From Octopus vulgaris (Eukaryota): a DNA stretch of 64,000 bases. The stretch covers positions 117,242,001 to 117,306,000 of the forward strand of contig OX597822.1 in the NCBI GenBank assembly GCA_951406725.2, in the 5' to 3' direction. Both the position numbers and the translations under genes were made by a program. The notes under the pieces are model-generated. The model was not told the DNA's origin. It did no database searches and worked only from the letters and a program-made list of their open reading frames with translations. Positions 40,994 to 53,901 of this stretch are shown here, one piece after another. Numbering within the stretch: the stretch's first letter is position 1; every line of letters begins with the position of its first letter.

Positions 40994-41539
40994 AGTGAGA
41001 AAGCCACAGAGATCGAACGATATTGGAAATGTATTATTATTATTATTTTATTATTATTTTTTTTTTTTTTGATTGTGTGCATGTAGAAAAAAAAAAATTT
41101 TTTACACATTGAACGATAAAAATATGCATGAAAGGTTTACAATTTGTGTGTGCTATATGGTGGGCAATATGTATATGTGCCCAGGCAGAATTATGTTGGC
41201 GCGTTGAAAGAGATGTGCGTCTATTGATTACTCGACCTACTAGAGGTCTAATAGAGGCAAGGTGTCTTTCAGTGGCGAAAAAATATCGAGTGATAGCACG
41301 CATGAGAACAAGATTTGTAAATGTGTGTGGATATACAGTTAGCAAAAAAATATATTTATGAGAAAGCAAACATTTTGAAGGTACATGCAAAAATGAAAGA
41401 AATGTTCATCGGCAAAGTTCGATTTTGAAATGTTCCGTAAAAGTTCATACAGACAGTTTTTGTTTTCATTTTTTTTTTTTTCTTTACGTACACAAATGTT
41501 CTTTGATTTCTCTGGGTGGGTGATGCAGTTATGTGTTCA

Positions 41540-44500
41540 TTAGGAAGATGGATACGTTAGGAGTTCAGAACTTACCCGAAAAACTTGCACAAACCTTGCT
41601 GGCCATCGAACTGTTCTTCCTGATTTGGTGTGTCGGGGTTGTGCAGAATCTGTGGTGTTCGCTGGAGTTGCCGAGTCTGTTTGAGGAAAAGAGGGGACTG
41701 AATGTAAGTCCTCCTCGATGAAAGCTTTTTTTAAACGATCAATCGAGACCGTATTTCGTTTACCTCCAATATCGAGGACGAAATACTTGGGTTCTCTTTT
41801 GATGACCTTGTAGGGCCCGGAATATGGTGGTCGAAGTTGAGAGGGTATCCCATCATTCCTCACGAAGACATGAGTCCATGTGTTGATATCTTTTGGGACA
41901 CGTGAAACGACGTTCTGTTGTCTAGGGCCTGAGGGTGATACTTGCGACATGGATGTTCGTAATCGGTGCACATATTGTTGTGGGTCAGGGAAGTTTTGTG
42001 AAACAGGTTCGATCATCTGCCCAGGTAAGGTGAGTGTTGTGCCATAAACGAGTTCGGCCGGAGTATATCCCAGTTCTTCCTTAATCGTGGATCGAATTCC
42101 AAGGAGGATGAGAGGGAGATGTTCCAACCAGTGAGAACTGTCTGGAGCTGCTTTTATAGATGCCTTGAGTTGGCGGTGAAAGCGCTCCACCATGCCATTT
42201 GCTGCAGGGTGGTAAGCTGTAGTGCGGGTGTGTTTACACCCGAGGAGACGAGTCAGCTCGGTGAAAAGGTGGGAATCGAACTGACGTCCTCTGTCGGTGG
42301 TAATTGTTGCGGGTGTGCCAAAACGCGAAACCCATTGTGATATCAGTGTTTTAGCGACCGTTTCTGCTGATATATCAGATAGAGGCCAGGCTTCGGGCCA
42401 TCGCGAGAACCTATCTACGCAAGTTAGCAAATATGAATAGTTCTGCGAAGGTGGTAGGGGTCCAACGATATCAATGTGAACGTGCTGAAATCGTGCATCG
42501 GGCTGCGAAAATGAACCGATTGGTGATTTTATGTGCCGGTGGATTTTCGCTTTTTGGCACGCAACACAGCACTTGGTCCATTCTCTGATATCCTTGTTGA
42601 TACTGGTCCACACAAAACGGGTCGATATTAGCTTTTGAGTGGAGCGAATACCAGGATGTGACAGAGAATGTAGAGCGGAGAAAACTTCTCGACGATATTT
42701 CTGTGGTACATAAGGGCGTTGGTAACCAGTGGAAATATCACACCAAATATGGGCTGTGGATGATGGTAGTGGAACATGCTGAAATTTCAGAGATGACGAA
42801 TTCCGGAGCTTTAGAAGTTCTTCGTCATTCTCCTGGTCAGCTGCTATACGTGCCAGATCAATTGTAGACGTGGTGTGGATAGCATTGATCTGCGCACGTG
42901 AAAGTGCATCGGCTGCCACGTTGGTCGTCCCTTTGATGTGGCGTATATCCGTCGTGTACTGCGATATGAAGTCGAGGTGACGAATTTCTCTCGGCGAATG
43001 GCGATCCGGTTTGGTGTTAAATGCGTATCCTAATGGCTTGTGGTCGGTGTATATGGCAAAATTGGTACCTTCTAGCATATGACGGAAATGCTTAACGGCC
43101 AGGTATGCCGCCAATAATTCCCGACTGAATGTGCTGTATTTGGTTTCCGCGGGTTTTAACCGCTTAGAAAAGAAAGACAACGGTTGCCATATACCGTCAA
43201 CAAGCTGTTGTAGCACAGCTCCGATTCCGGAATCGGATGCATCAACGAGTAAACATCGTGGGGCGTCTGGTTTTGGATAAACCAACATGGTAGCGCTAGA
43301 TAACGCTTTTTTCAGGGCAGCGAAAGAAACGAGTTGTTCTTCGGTCAGAGCTATATCTGCCTTTTTGCAGGTTCGCTGACGTAGCAAATCCGTGAGCGGT
43401 TGCGCTATTTCAGCGAGGTGGGGCACGAACCGTCGATAGAAATTCGCTAGACCGAGATATTCCCTTAATTTGCGGAGAGATGTGGGTGGTGGAAAATCCA
43501 CGATGGCCTTGACTTTCTCGGGAAGGGGACGAATTCCATTTTTATCGACTATATGGCCGAGAAAATGAAGGGAAGCAACTCCGAACAAACATTTAGTAGG
43601 GTTGATAACAATTCCGAATGTACGTAAACGTTCGAATAGCAGGTGAAGGTGTTGATTATGCTCTTCGTCCGAGTTACTGGCCACGAGTATGTCGTCTATG
43701 TAGGCATAGACGAAAGGCAAACCTCTAGTCACCATGTCGATAAACCTTTGGAATGTCTGTGCCGCGTTTCGTAAACCGAAAGGCATACGCAGGAATTCAA
43801 ACATTCCGAAAGGTGTAGTCACTGCTGTCTTTGAGATGTCTGCAGGTTCGACTGGGATTTGGTTGTATGCTCGCACCAGGTCGATTTTTGAAAAGATGCG
43901 AGCTCCATGCAGCGAGCTCGAAAAATCCTGAAGAAAAGGCACCGGATAGGCATCACTGATAGTGCTTTTATTCAGTGATCGATAATCGCCGCAAACCCGC
44001 CAATCGGTCGATGATTTTTTTGGGACGCAGTGTATCGGCGAGGACCAGTTGCTGCTGGAAACGCGGATGATTCCGAGGTCGAGCATGTGCTGGAATTCCC
44101 GCTTGACGGCCTGGAGACGATCAGGTGGTAACCTTCTGGGCCTTGCAGCAACAGGTGGACCGCTGGTTTTGATGTGGTGGGTAACGTCGTGCTTTATCGG
44201 CTGGTTATGAAAAACTGGCCGGGCGACATCTGGATAATCATTCAGGATGGAACTGTGACGAGTCGTTGTCGTAAGCATTACAGTTGGGCTGACTGTGTCC
44301 ATTCGAGCGGCTATACCGCGCACAGTAAGCTTGGTGGTGGTGTCGACAAGTCGTCTGTTCTTTATGTCTACCAGGAGACCGAAATGATGCAGGAAATCGG
44401 CTCCTAAGATAGGGGTCGGCAGTTTAGCGACGACGAATACCCACTGAAATGTGCGGCGTAGTCCTATGTTTAATGTTAGGGACTGTTCACCGTAGGTTGG

Positions 44501-44707
44501 AATGGGTGAATGGTTGACTGCCTGAAGACAGACTGATGTCTCTTTTCTTTTTCCAGAAGTGTTGGAGACTGGTATGATGCTGACTTCCGCACCTGTGTCA
44601 ACCAGGAAACGCGTGCCTGTTACACGATCGCAAACGAAAAACAGGCGACTGTGTGGGTGCGAACCAGGAACTTCCGTCGCGTTCAATTCCTGGCTGTGCC
44701 GTTTCCC
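41540..44707 (-). CDS. pol: Gypsy Pol (PR-RT-RNaseH-IN), expressed by -1 frameshift from gag
   Basis: LVDTGA protease, YIDD RT, DAS RNase H, HHCC and D-D-E integrase motifs, and GPY motif, in Ty3/Gypsy order. No stops. Overlaps the gag end in the -1 frame. Confidence 0.96.
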   Translation of the reverse strand, partial: GKRHSQELNATEVPGSHPHSRLFFVCDRVTGTRFLVDTGAEVSIIPVSNTSGKRKETSVCLQAVNHSPIPTYGEQSLTLNIGLRRTFQWVFVVAKLPTPILGADFLHHFGLLVDIKNRRLVDTTTKLTVRGIAARMDTVSPTVMLTTTTRHSSILNDYPDVARPVFHNQPIKHDVTHHIKTSGPPVAARPRRLPPDRLQAVKREFQHMLDLGIIRVSSSNWSSPIHCVPKKSSTDWRVCGDYRSLNKSTISDAYPVPFLQDFSSSLHGARIFSKIDLVRAYNQIPVEPADISKTAVTTPFGMFEFLRMPFGLRNAAQTFQRFIDMVTRGLPFVYAYIDDILVASNSDEEHNQHLHLLFERLRTFGIVINPTKCLFGVASLHFLGHIVDKNGIRPLPEKVKAIVDFPPPTSLRKLREYLGLANFYRRFVPHLAEIAQPLTDLLRQRTCKKADIALTEEQLVSFAALKKALSSATMLVYPKPDAPRCLLVDASDSGIGAVLQQLVDGIWQPLSFFSKRLKPAETKYSTFSRELLAAYLAVKHFRHMLEGTNFAIYTDHKPLGYAFNTKPDRHSPREIRHLDFISQYTTDIRHIKGTTNVAADALSRAQINAIHTTSTIDLARIAADQENDEELLKLRNSSSLKFQHVPLPSSTAHIWCDISTGYQRPYVPQKYRREVFSALHSLSHPGIRSTQKLISTRFVWTSINKDIREWTKCCVACQKAKIHRHIKSPIGSFSQPDARFQHVHIDIVGPLPPSQNYSYLLTCVDRFSRWPEAWPLSDISAETVAKTLISQWVSRFGTPATITTDRGRQFDSHLFTELTRLLGCKHTRTTAYHPAANGMVERFHRQLKASIKAAPDSSHWLEHLPLILLGIRSTIKEELGYTPAELVYGTTLTLPGQMIEPVSQNFPDPQQYVHRLRTSMSQVSPSGPRQQNVVSRVPKDINTWTHVFVRNDGIPSQLRPPYSGPYKVIKREPKYFVLDIGGKRNTVSIDRLKKAFIEEDLHSVPSFPQTDSATPANTTDSAQPRHTKSGRTVRWPARFVQVFRVSSELLTYPSS
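44645..44707 (-). promoter_or_regulatory. -1 programmed ribosomal frameshift signal (G GGA AAC plus predicted pseudoknot)
   Basis: X XXY YYZ heptamer in the gag frame, a 5-nt spacer, stem AGCCAGGAAU/GUUCCUGGUU, and loop GCGAC complementary to downstream GUCGC. Confidence 0.8.
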
Positions 44708-45558
44708 GAACTGGGTGAGGAAAACGAGCACGGTACCGTACATTTTTGTGCCCGTGTTCCGAATGTTCGGTGGTACCAACACGTGTCATGTGAGCTCCGG
44801 GTAGCACTAGGGCTTCGGGACCGTCTGCCATCTCGTCGAGATCGGCTGGTGCTTCGACGCTGGGGACTAAACTTTAGGGCTTGTATTTGGGCTGTGAGAA
44901 TTTGTATTTGCGCAGCTTGCTGCATCATTAATGCACGCAAATCCGAAATCTCTGAAGAACTGGTTTGTGCACGGAAAGGATTGGTACTGGGAGCGGCTGG
45001 CGTCACCGTCGATACCGTTGGATATCTGTGCGGTACTTCGGCTATTTTGTCAGCTAGCTCCGCCAGTTCTTCAAGGGATGTGTTTTCTCTGGTGGACGCG
45101 AGAACAACCTGGGTATTGGAGGGCAGACGCTGGAGAAAAAGTTGCTTGAAGATTTTTTCTGGGAGCGTCTCATCTCCGAGAAGCTGTTTCATTCTCCGAA
45201 GAAGCTGGGACGGCGTTTTGTCACCCAATTCTTCCGATATCAGAAGCTGGTGAAGTCTTTTTTGTTGGGATTCTGAGGTTCTGTTTATTAACGTGGTTTT
45301 AAAAACTTCATATGAAACAGAACCGGGTGGTGCCATGATAAGGTCGCGTATCACGTTCGTTATTTCTGGTGACAGAGAACTGATAACGTGAGAAAGTCGA
45401 GCCGCATCGCTCGATATTCTGTGAGAGGCAAACTGTGCCTCTATATGGTGAAACCACAATGTCGGGTCGTGGGTCCAGAATGGTGGAATTTTTAACGAGA
45501 TCGCCGCTTGGAATGCCATGTCGATATTGGCCGCTGGGTTTTGTTCCGGGAGATTCAT
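44683..45558 (-). CDS. gag: Gypsy Gag
   Basis: 291-aa ORF just after the PBS, with N-terminal PPFWxxDPxLWFxxIEAQF motif and C-terminal CWYHxxFGxxAxxC knuckle-like motif. Confidence 0.92.
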   Translation of the reverse strand: MNLPEQNPAANIDMAFQAAISLKIPPFWTHDPTLWFHHIEAQFASHRISSDAARLSHVISSLSPEITNVIRDLIMAPPGSVSYEVFKTTLINRTSESQQKRLHQLLISEELGDKTPSQLLRRMKQLLGDETLPEKIFKQLFLQRLPSNTQVVLASTRENTSLEELAELADKIAEVPHRYPTVSTVTPAAPSTNPFRAQTSSSEISDLRALMMQQAAQIQILTAQIQALKFSPQRRSTSRSRRDGRRSRSPSATRSSHDTCWYHRTFGTRAQKCTVPCSFSSPSSGNGTARN

Positions 45559-45663
45559 TGTTTTCGTCGGAATTTTCTGTTGCTTCGTTGCTGGTGATGT
45601 GCAAACTGTAATTCTTCGACGCGGTTGATGAAGCTGGTTCCGGGGAAGGCGCGATTCGTTTTA

Positions 45664-45674
45664 CGGGGTCACCA
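45664..45674 (-). promoter_or_regulatory. Primer-binding site, tRNA-Trp type
   Basis: TGGTGACCCCG lies 2 nt inside the 5' LTR and is complementary to the ...CGGGGUCACCA 3' end of eukaryotic tRNA-Trp. Confidence 0.85.
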
Positions 45675-46454
45675 AATGTAGTGGATGCGTGGATGTATTA
45701 ATAAATACATAAGTGCTTTGTAATAAATTAAAGATTTATTATCACTACATCAATTTGTAAGCAATGTTACACATCGCTTGTACAAAATGCATATTAAATA
45801 GTGGTTGCAAATAATACATATTAAAGGAATGCATAATACAGGATACACATTAAAGCAGAATATGTTTGATGGTGTGTGTGTGTGCGTGTGTGTAAATCAT
45901 GCATGACAGAGTCACCTTTCTGAATATTCTTTCGTCGTTCTCATAAATGCGTGGCGTTCTCTTAAACGTTGATTCGGGTTCTCTCTAGATACCTATTTCT
46001 CCGTTCTATTTATAACATCTCAAATAGCCAGAAAAATAGATATACCGCAAGAGAGTTATCATTAAAGTAGGTCGCTGGTCGTCCTGTTAAACTTCGCCTG
46101 ACCTGCTCGGGTCAGAGGTCGAAGGGAGACGATCCATCATTTTTTGTCAGAACAAAGAGATTCTGATTTCGCGCCTTTTTGTGCATTGGTATTTTACGAC
46201 CAATGATTCTTGGGTCTGATTTCGAATCCAAGCTTTGAGAAGGAAGTGCTAATTCTTACAATGGGATCATGTAAAAATGAAAAAAAAAATTACCATTTTT
46301 CGAAATTTGAGAAACACTGCTTACACATTGCACATAACCACCCCATATTTACAATACACTACTTCTTTGCATCCATACCATCACACACGGAACTTACTAC
46401 ATAATACATGCACTAACATAACCAGAGTGAGCTGCGTGGTTTTGTGTGTGCGTG

Positions 46455-47519
46455 TGTAGGGAAAACGACCGTACATAAGGAGTTGGATACAGAAATGCCT
46501 CCTTTTAAATGTCGCACGGTCGCCCTACAAAGAATAAGCCAAAATATATGGTATAAAAGAATAAGTGCCAAAAGGAATAAGGAGGACGACAACCGTTCTG
46601 CTGTTTGAGAGAGAAGAATCTATTTACAGATGTGTACAATAAGATAAAGTATGGGTGCTAGCAAAGTGGAGTGTCTATGTGCACATGACAAGTGTTTGTG
46701 TCTATGTATTCATGTGTGCAACAGAAGTACAAACAAGGTGTATGCAGGCAAAACAAAATACAATACAGAGCATAAAATGAGTCTCTCAGGATATGTTAGA
46801 CAAGATGGAGATAAATACCAGTTCGTAAGATACACAATCGTAATAGTTGCGTAACAAGGAGCTTGGTGGTCACAAGTGCAGATGCCGGTTGAACACAAGT
46901 CGTGTAGCGGTTGTTGGATTCAATGCTGTGCCAGGTCTCTTGATACAGGAATTCTTGCAGGTAGTGCTGTGCTGTTAGCCTTGGTGAAAATCACAACAGC
47001 ATGAAAGCTAAACCTGAGTGAGTGCTGTGTACGTATTGGTGTTGCTGGAGATGAAGGTGACCAAGACGGAGACGTAGTGAAGTCGAAGGACGACGATGGT
47101 GATGGCGTCGTCGTGATGAAGGCGTCGGTGGTGGAAACGTCCTGCGTTGCTGGTGTATGTTAGCACCTTCGTTGGCTAGAGCAGGAATATGGCTGGCTGG
47201 TCTGGTCTGGTCATCTGTCGCTGGAACTGGCTGAGTCGCTGGAACATGGTTGAGTTGCTCTGTGGTCAGAGGTTAGTCCTGAACAGGACTAGAACCTAAG
47301 ATGAGAAATAGTGATTTGCTGGCGACTTTTATAACCTGCTAAAGGCTCCAGTGAGAACCCAAAAAGACTGTGTCATGGGACATTATCCGAAGTCAAGAGA
47401 CAAACTGCGCCAATGTCAACCAATCAGAGCAGTGGACACAACAGGGTCAAAATAGCCGAAGATGGTTGCTATCTAACACGAGATCATTTCTAATACATCT
47501 CTCAAACAGCTATGCTACA
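46455..47519 (-). mobile_element. Solo LTR (1065 bp) of a different LTR retrotransposon family
   Basis: TGTAG...CTACA termini with 4-bp TSD CGTG (46451-46454, 47520-47523). TATAAAA on the minus strand near 47330 suggests the orientation. Confidence 0.8.
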
Positions 47520-47945
47520 CGTGCATATGCATATTTTTTATATGTGTGTATGTATATACTATTATTTATATACATTTGTATCCGTAGCTAGATCCATTAT
47601 ATTAGAAGAATGGTTGTTGGGTGCCTACATAGTAAGAGCATTATATTTTTCTTTGACACTTTAAATGTTCCCAATAAACTTGTAAAGGGTATTGTCCAAA
47701 AAAGGATCTAGATCGATTCTGATAGGAAATTTTCAAAGTTCAATCTGCCTTCCTCAGATCTGATGCTTCAACTGGCAACAAATAATTATAGATAGTCGCA
47801 GTAAAGAAGGCAAGGTTTTCTTGCGATTTACCAAAGTAATTGAATCTGGTGCAGCCGGGTACGTGAGAATCCCCCTTCAAAGGAACAGAGTAGTTTATAA
47901 ACGGCTCAACGTTATTCTCCAAACAACAAACCATATGGATGATGG

Positions 47946-48327
47946 AAGCACTCCGTCGGTTACGACGATGAGGGTTCCGGTTGATCCGAATCAACGGAAC
48001 AGCCTGCTTGTGAAATTAACGTGTAAGTGGCTGAGCACTCCACAGACACGTGTACCCTTAACGTAGTTCTCGGGGATATTCAGCGTGACACAGAGAGTGA
48101 CAAGGCCGGCCCCTTGAAATACAGGTACAACAGAAACAGGAAGTAAGAGTGAGAGAAAGTTGTGGTGAAAGAGTACAGCAGGGATCACCACCATCCCCTG
48201 CCGGAGCCTCGTGGAGCTTTTAGGTGTTTTCGCTCAATAAACACTCACAACGCCCGGTCTGGGAATTGAAACCGTGATCCTATGACCACGAGTCCGCTGC
48301 CCTAACCACTGGGCCATTGCGCCTCCA
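47946..48327 (-). mobile_element. tRNA-derived SINE, second family
   Basis: Minus-strand head GGAGGCGCAATGGCCCAGTGGTTAGGGCAGCGGACTC...GGTTTCAATTCC, followed by a non-tRNA body. Confidence 0.7.
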
Positions 48328-50205
48328 AACCATATGACGACTCAAAGGAAGAACTAAAAGGCAGGTAGGCACAGAGTTTTATGGACAGAGATTCTCTAAT
48401 GAAGGGTTACGGTGTAGAGTATCCCATGCTGAAATCACCAAAGCCCAATTCATACCTCAGCACTTCTATTCAGAGACATCTGCAAGTCAATTACAGGAAT
48501 CAAACTGATCCAGTGTCTTCTACTATAGCACTGTGAGAGGATTTGGTAGATGGGAACTGAGAGAAGCCCGTAGTAAATAAGCCAAAAAATCCTTCTCAGA
48601 CACATTTGAATTTGACGAAAATGGCAGAAGAGACTGAGAAGACTTACAAGAAAACATTCTGAAGAAGGATTTTAGTACTTTTCTTTCTTAGGATTATGGT
48701 TTGTAATGAATTACCAAACAGAGGTGTTCTGGTTGAGTTACAAAATTGCTGTTTATAATGAAACATTACATATCTGTAGGTGTCATAAGATAGCATTTCT
48801 GATATTTTTCAATACTTACAATGTTAAGTTTTTAATACCGTAAATCCTTGAGTATAATCCACATTTTTCCCCAAAATTTAAAGGTCAAAATCCCTAGTGC
48901 ATACTATATATGAGGTTAAAAATGAAAAGTATTTTCTAAGCAATGTCTGAGTCTATATATTTGCTGTCTGGCAATATTTATTCAGACGCATTTTGTGATG
49001 TCGGGCGCGAAAATAACTTAAGCTAAGCCTGGAAGCAATGAAGTCATAAAAGAATCATCCATAACTTGCAGTAAGCAACATTTATTAAACGTTATTACTG
49101 TTATTTCTTTATTTTCTGCAAACAAAATGCACAAAAAAGCTACACGTTTGCATTATGTTATATATACAATAATAATAATAAAGGACGTTACCGTATACAT
49201 TTTTACATTCAACTGGCTACATACATACCTTGTCTCTGCTCAACCAGGGCTAATGTGGATCAACCCATAATCATCAATTTAATGTCTACGTCCCATCTTT
49301 GCATTGGTCAGATAGGAGAGTGTCAGGGCAGAGTTTTCTATGACTGGATGCTCTTCCAGTCACTAGCCTGTATTTGTTTCTGAAAGGAGGAAATATTCTC
49401 CCAGTCTGTGGAGCAACAAACAGGCTGGACATATTTAAATAGAGAACTAGAAACAAAAGATTCTGTATGAATGAACCTCTTTTTACAAGCCTCAAGTGGA
49501 ACACACGTGAAGATGAGGGAAACAATTTTGCTCCATTAAGCTTTAATCCTCAACAGTGTCTTAATGACCACTCTTCCATGCTAGCATGGGTAACACTGGA
49601 TCCATTGAGGTGGATTCTCTACAGCTGGATGCCCTTCTAATTGCCAATCATCACCTGATTCCAATGAAAGGTGATATATTTTCCCATGGTTGAACATTTT
49701 CATGGACGACTGGAGCTGAAGGACACCCATGACAGGGATGCTCATTTACGACTATTATGCAATGTAGGAGATACAAACACACACATGCATAGAATTGGCT
49801 TCTTTCAGTTTCCAATCAACCAAATCCATTCATGAGCTTCTTCCAATTTCTGTTGACCAAATGCATTTGCAAGACTTTGGTTGGCCTGGAGTTATATTTG
49901 CCCAAGGTCTGGCAGAGTGGGACTGAACTCAAAACCAAATGGTTGGGAAAATAACTTAACCACATGACCATGCCAGCACCTCTCTAGCTCATCAAAATTG
50001 GATGAAATCAGCATTAAAAAAACAAACAAACAAACAAACAAGCGCAGGAGTGGCTGTGTGGTAAGTAGCTTGTCTACCAACCACATGGTTCCAGGTTCAG
50101 TCCCACTGCGTGGCATCTTGGGCAAGTGTCTTCTGCTATAGCCCCGGGCCAACCAATGCCTTGTGAGTGGATTTGGTAGATGGAAACTGAAAGAAGCCTG
50201 TCGTA

Positions 50206-50243
<38 letters not shown>

Positions 50244-50614
50244 TAAACAGTAAAAATAATTACAGACATGGACAAGAACATGAAACACCACAGAGACGAC
50301 ACAAGAACCACAGGACGGACATTGAAGCCCTCAGTCATCAGTCAAGAACCAGATCATCTTAGCAATTTCGGCTGATTAATCTTGAGATTGCTCCTCAATG
50401 TCGAAGTACACGAACAAAAATACAGAATATGACACCAATAAGAATGCAAAAACGTAAAAACAATAACGGTAAAAATAAAAAATAATAAAAAATAAACAAC
50501 AAAACAAAACCAGGAACAGATCGAGGGGGCTGGAGGTGAGAGAGATAGAGAAACGTAGAAGGGGGGGGAAAGACGGATGGAGAGGGAAAGAAAGGAAGGG
50601 GAATAAGGGAGGAG

Positions 50615-50648
<34 letters not shown>

Positions 50649-53252
50649 ATGTGTTTGTGTGTCTGTGTTTGTCCCCCTAGCATTGCTTGACAACCGATGC
50701 TGGTGTGTTTACGTTCCCGTCACTTAGTGGTTCGACAAAAGAGACCGATAGAATAAGTACTGGGCTTACAAAGAATAAGTCCTGGGGTCGATTTGCTCGA
50801 CTAAAAGGTGGTGCTCCAGCATGGCCGCAGTCAAATGGCTGAAACAAGTAAAAGAGTAAAAGAGTAAAGAGTAAAGAGTAAGTAAATAGTCAGGATTAGT
50901 TTGAATAACATTTTTATTTACAGCTTTTTTCCTCCAGCAATATCTGAAAGGATGTATATATATATATAAAATAGTGTATTGCACAGTAAGTTTATACACC
51001 TCGTCTCACAGCTATTTGAAGATAAGTAGTGTTCAATTAAACAAATATGATAATATATTTTTTTTAATAATAATAGTGATAATAATAATGAACAGCAGCA
51101 ATTAAACAACTTTCTTTTTAATAAAAGCAATTAAAGCAGAACTATTTTAACATCAAATTAAAATCTGTTATAAATACATGATTATTTATCGATATGCTTT
51201 TTAATTATGTTTATTTATTGTTATGGAAAAGAAAATTTTTTTTAAACATCAGTACCATTTTGGGATGAATTTAGTTTTACCTTATAAATCCTTAATAAAG
51301 CTATGGCTAGAATTAGCTGCATTCCTCTTAAAAGCTCATACCTATAGGGCTTGTGAAATAGATATAATTACACCTGAGCTAATTAGGATTTCTTCTGATA
51401 ATGTTGAGAGGAAAGACCCTATATTTTGGAAGTGGTAATTGTTATAATATCCACACTTTTTCTCAAGTGCATTGGCAATGGAAGTGAATTAAAAGGACTT
51501 GAACTGTAAACTGAAATTTAGCTGCAGTTCTAGCTTACCAGAAACTTCTGTTGAACATACGAGAGTGCGGCGGAAAAAGAGCTCCCACATTTTACATGGC
51601 CCTTTCTATGGCACTAGTGAAGTTAAAGCTGTTTTACCATTTCTTTTTCTTTTTTTACTATCATGTTTTAGATTGGTGCACACCATGTTGATGCTTTTCA
51701 AAAAGAGGTGAATTTGAGGGTGTTTTTGCCACACCCTGTACAACAACAATAATAATACTAGATTTCTATTCTGAAAGTCAGTTTTGCCCAAATAATTTCA
51801 AAATACACACACACACACACACACACACAGACGCACGCATACACACATCCTCTTTCCCTAGACGTTCTAAAATGCTTTGACTAAAAAAAAATAAAAAAGC
51901 TGGATCGACAATAGCTACTGATTTGTATTAATTTTATTTTAGATATCTGAACTGGCCTCACTATATTAGTGGTACTGTTGTGGCAGGATTAAGGATTTGA
52001 ACCCAGAACTGCTGTAGGTAGAACTAAATATTTTATGGCATTTAGTCTAGTGCTTAGTCAACTCGACCATCTACTCTCCCCTTGAGGATCAAGAAATATA
52101 ATTAATTAAAAGAATATTCAAAGAAAGGCTTTGTTTGTATTTTTTGTTTTATCTTCCAAAGAAACTCCACTATTTACAAAGATTGAGGAATGAGAAACAA
52201 TGTCCCGTAAGGATCATAATGATGTAAGGTCTACTGTGAATCACCTTACTGTCTTGAGAGAAAGAAAGCTGTGCATAATAAGTCTGCTCAGTGAATCAAT
52301 GACAGCAAACTCAAATTGGAAATCCAGTGGATCATTAAAATGAGGAGATCAATTTAGAGATTGCTTTGATTGGAATTAATCCAATTAAGTAGACAAATCC
52401 ACAAAATATTAGCTGATCTATTATTGAGAAAATTATTAAAGCTTACACTTCAGCCAATGCAAAGAATTGCTTGCTAACAATTTAAACAAGTTAGTACATA
52501 AACTATGTTCATGTACTAACATAAAATGTGACCAATGGTTGAAATACCATTTAAATCGGGGTTAAATTAAGACAGAGATCAAACCACAATTGTTCTGAAT
52601 TTTCTGCTTTTCAAAATACAGAAAAATTACAATCTGTAACATCCTATTGTTATCATCATCATCATCACCAATCTCAAACTGGTCAGCATTATTATTATTA
52701 TTATTATTATTATTATAGTGTGAGGCAAGATTTTAGTGAATCAAGTTTACAATTGTTTTTCCTTTTTCTTAAACTTGAGGTTGTAACCTCTGTACCTTAC
52801 TAAACCCTTGGGAAAAGAATGAAGACATCAACTTTTCATTTCAACAAATTATCAAGGGTCCATATATTTTTTAAAAATTTTACTTTAAAAAAATGTAAAA
52901 ATATTATAATTATTATTATTATAAATCTGAAACCCAGGAAATGACAATCAATTGCTTTCAGAAAACACAGAAGAATACAAAATATTTATGATTTACAACA
53001 ACTCAGCTGAAGAATGAAAGTACCAACTGTAATTTATGATATACAGCTGAGTCAGACCGTTTCATAATAATAATAATAATAATGATAATAACATATTCCA
53101 TGAATTCATGTAAATGATATCAATACTCCAGCATGGCCACAAGCAACAGGGTGAAACCAGAAAGAAGAACAGATCTTTACATAATCTTAACCACCATGGA
53201 AGAATTATGTGACCCATGCTAGCATGGAAAAAAATGAATATAAAAACAAATG

Positions 53253-53293
<41 letters not shown>

Positions 53294-53866
53294 TCACCAT
53301 CATATATAAGAATGTATAGGGAAATAACGTCCAGGAGAATATCAAATCAGCACTCCATATGATATACTAACAGAATATATAAAGAAATCAGAAACTATAT
53401 ATATATATATCTTTATATTATATACACACACGCACACATTCTTTTGAGATTTATTTAAGTTTTCCTTTGTAGAACTGAAGCTGGTCCCTAACAAAATAAT
53501 CTATGGATTTGTAAATGAGTGACTTAATGTTTGTGTTGATATATCTGAAAATGCATCTCTTTTGTACAGGTGGGACAGAAAAACCTCCCATATTTTACAT
53601 AGCCATTGATGAGGTGCTAACCAAGCTAGGCAGGTAGTAATGGTGTCTTTATATAGCTAATAATTTACCGTTTTTTCATGTATTTTTTTCAGTTACCATT
53701 GTCAATCAGATCAGTATACACTGTGCGTTTGCTATTGAAATATTGATCAAGAACGGTGAATCTGAGAAGTTTCTTTTAATAAACCCTGTATATGAGTGTG
53801 ATTAATCTTTATAAATGTGTATGCATAAGCCATATGTACACATGTAATTGTGCGTGTGTGTGTGTC

Positions 53867-53899
<33 letters not shown>

Positions 53900-53901
<2 letters not shown>

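Larger units (their letters stand above)
40397..46260 (-). mobile_element. Full-length Ty3/Gypsy LTR retrotransposon, apparently intact
   Basis: 584-bp LTRs (40397-40980, 45677-46260) with TG...CA ends that look identical by eye. TSD ATGG at 40393-40396 and 46261-46264. PBS, PPT and uninterrupted gag and pol are present. Confidence 0.97.

Noticed and set aside
44651-45253. 200-aa antisense ORF over gag
   Set aside because: It is a shadow frame of a GC-richer coding region with a non-ATG start and no recognisable motifs.
48250-48327. tRNA gene
   Set aside because: The tRNA-like head continues into a repeat body with no proper acceptor stem. It is a SINE.
53570-53633. Apparent small plus-strand exon (tttgtacag|...CAG|gtagta)
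   Set aside because: It resembles the terminus of the TA-flanked mariner-like repeat at ~51558-51740, so it is more likely a TE remnant.
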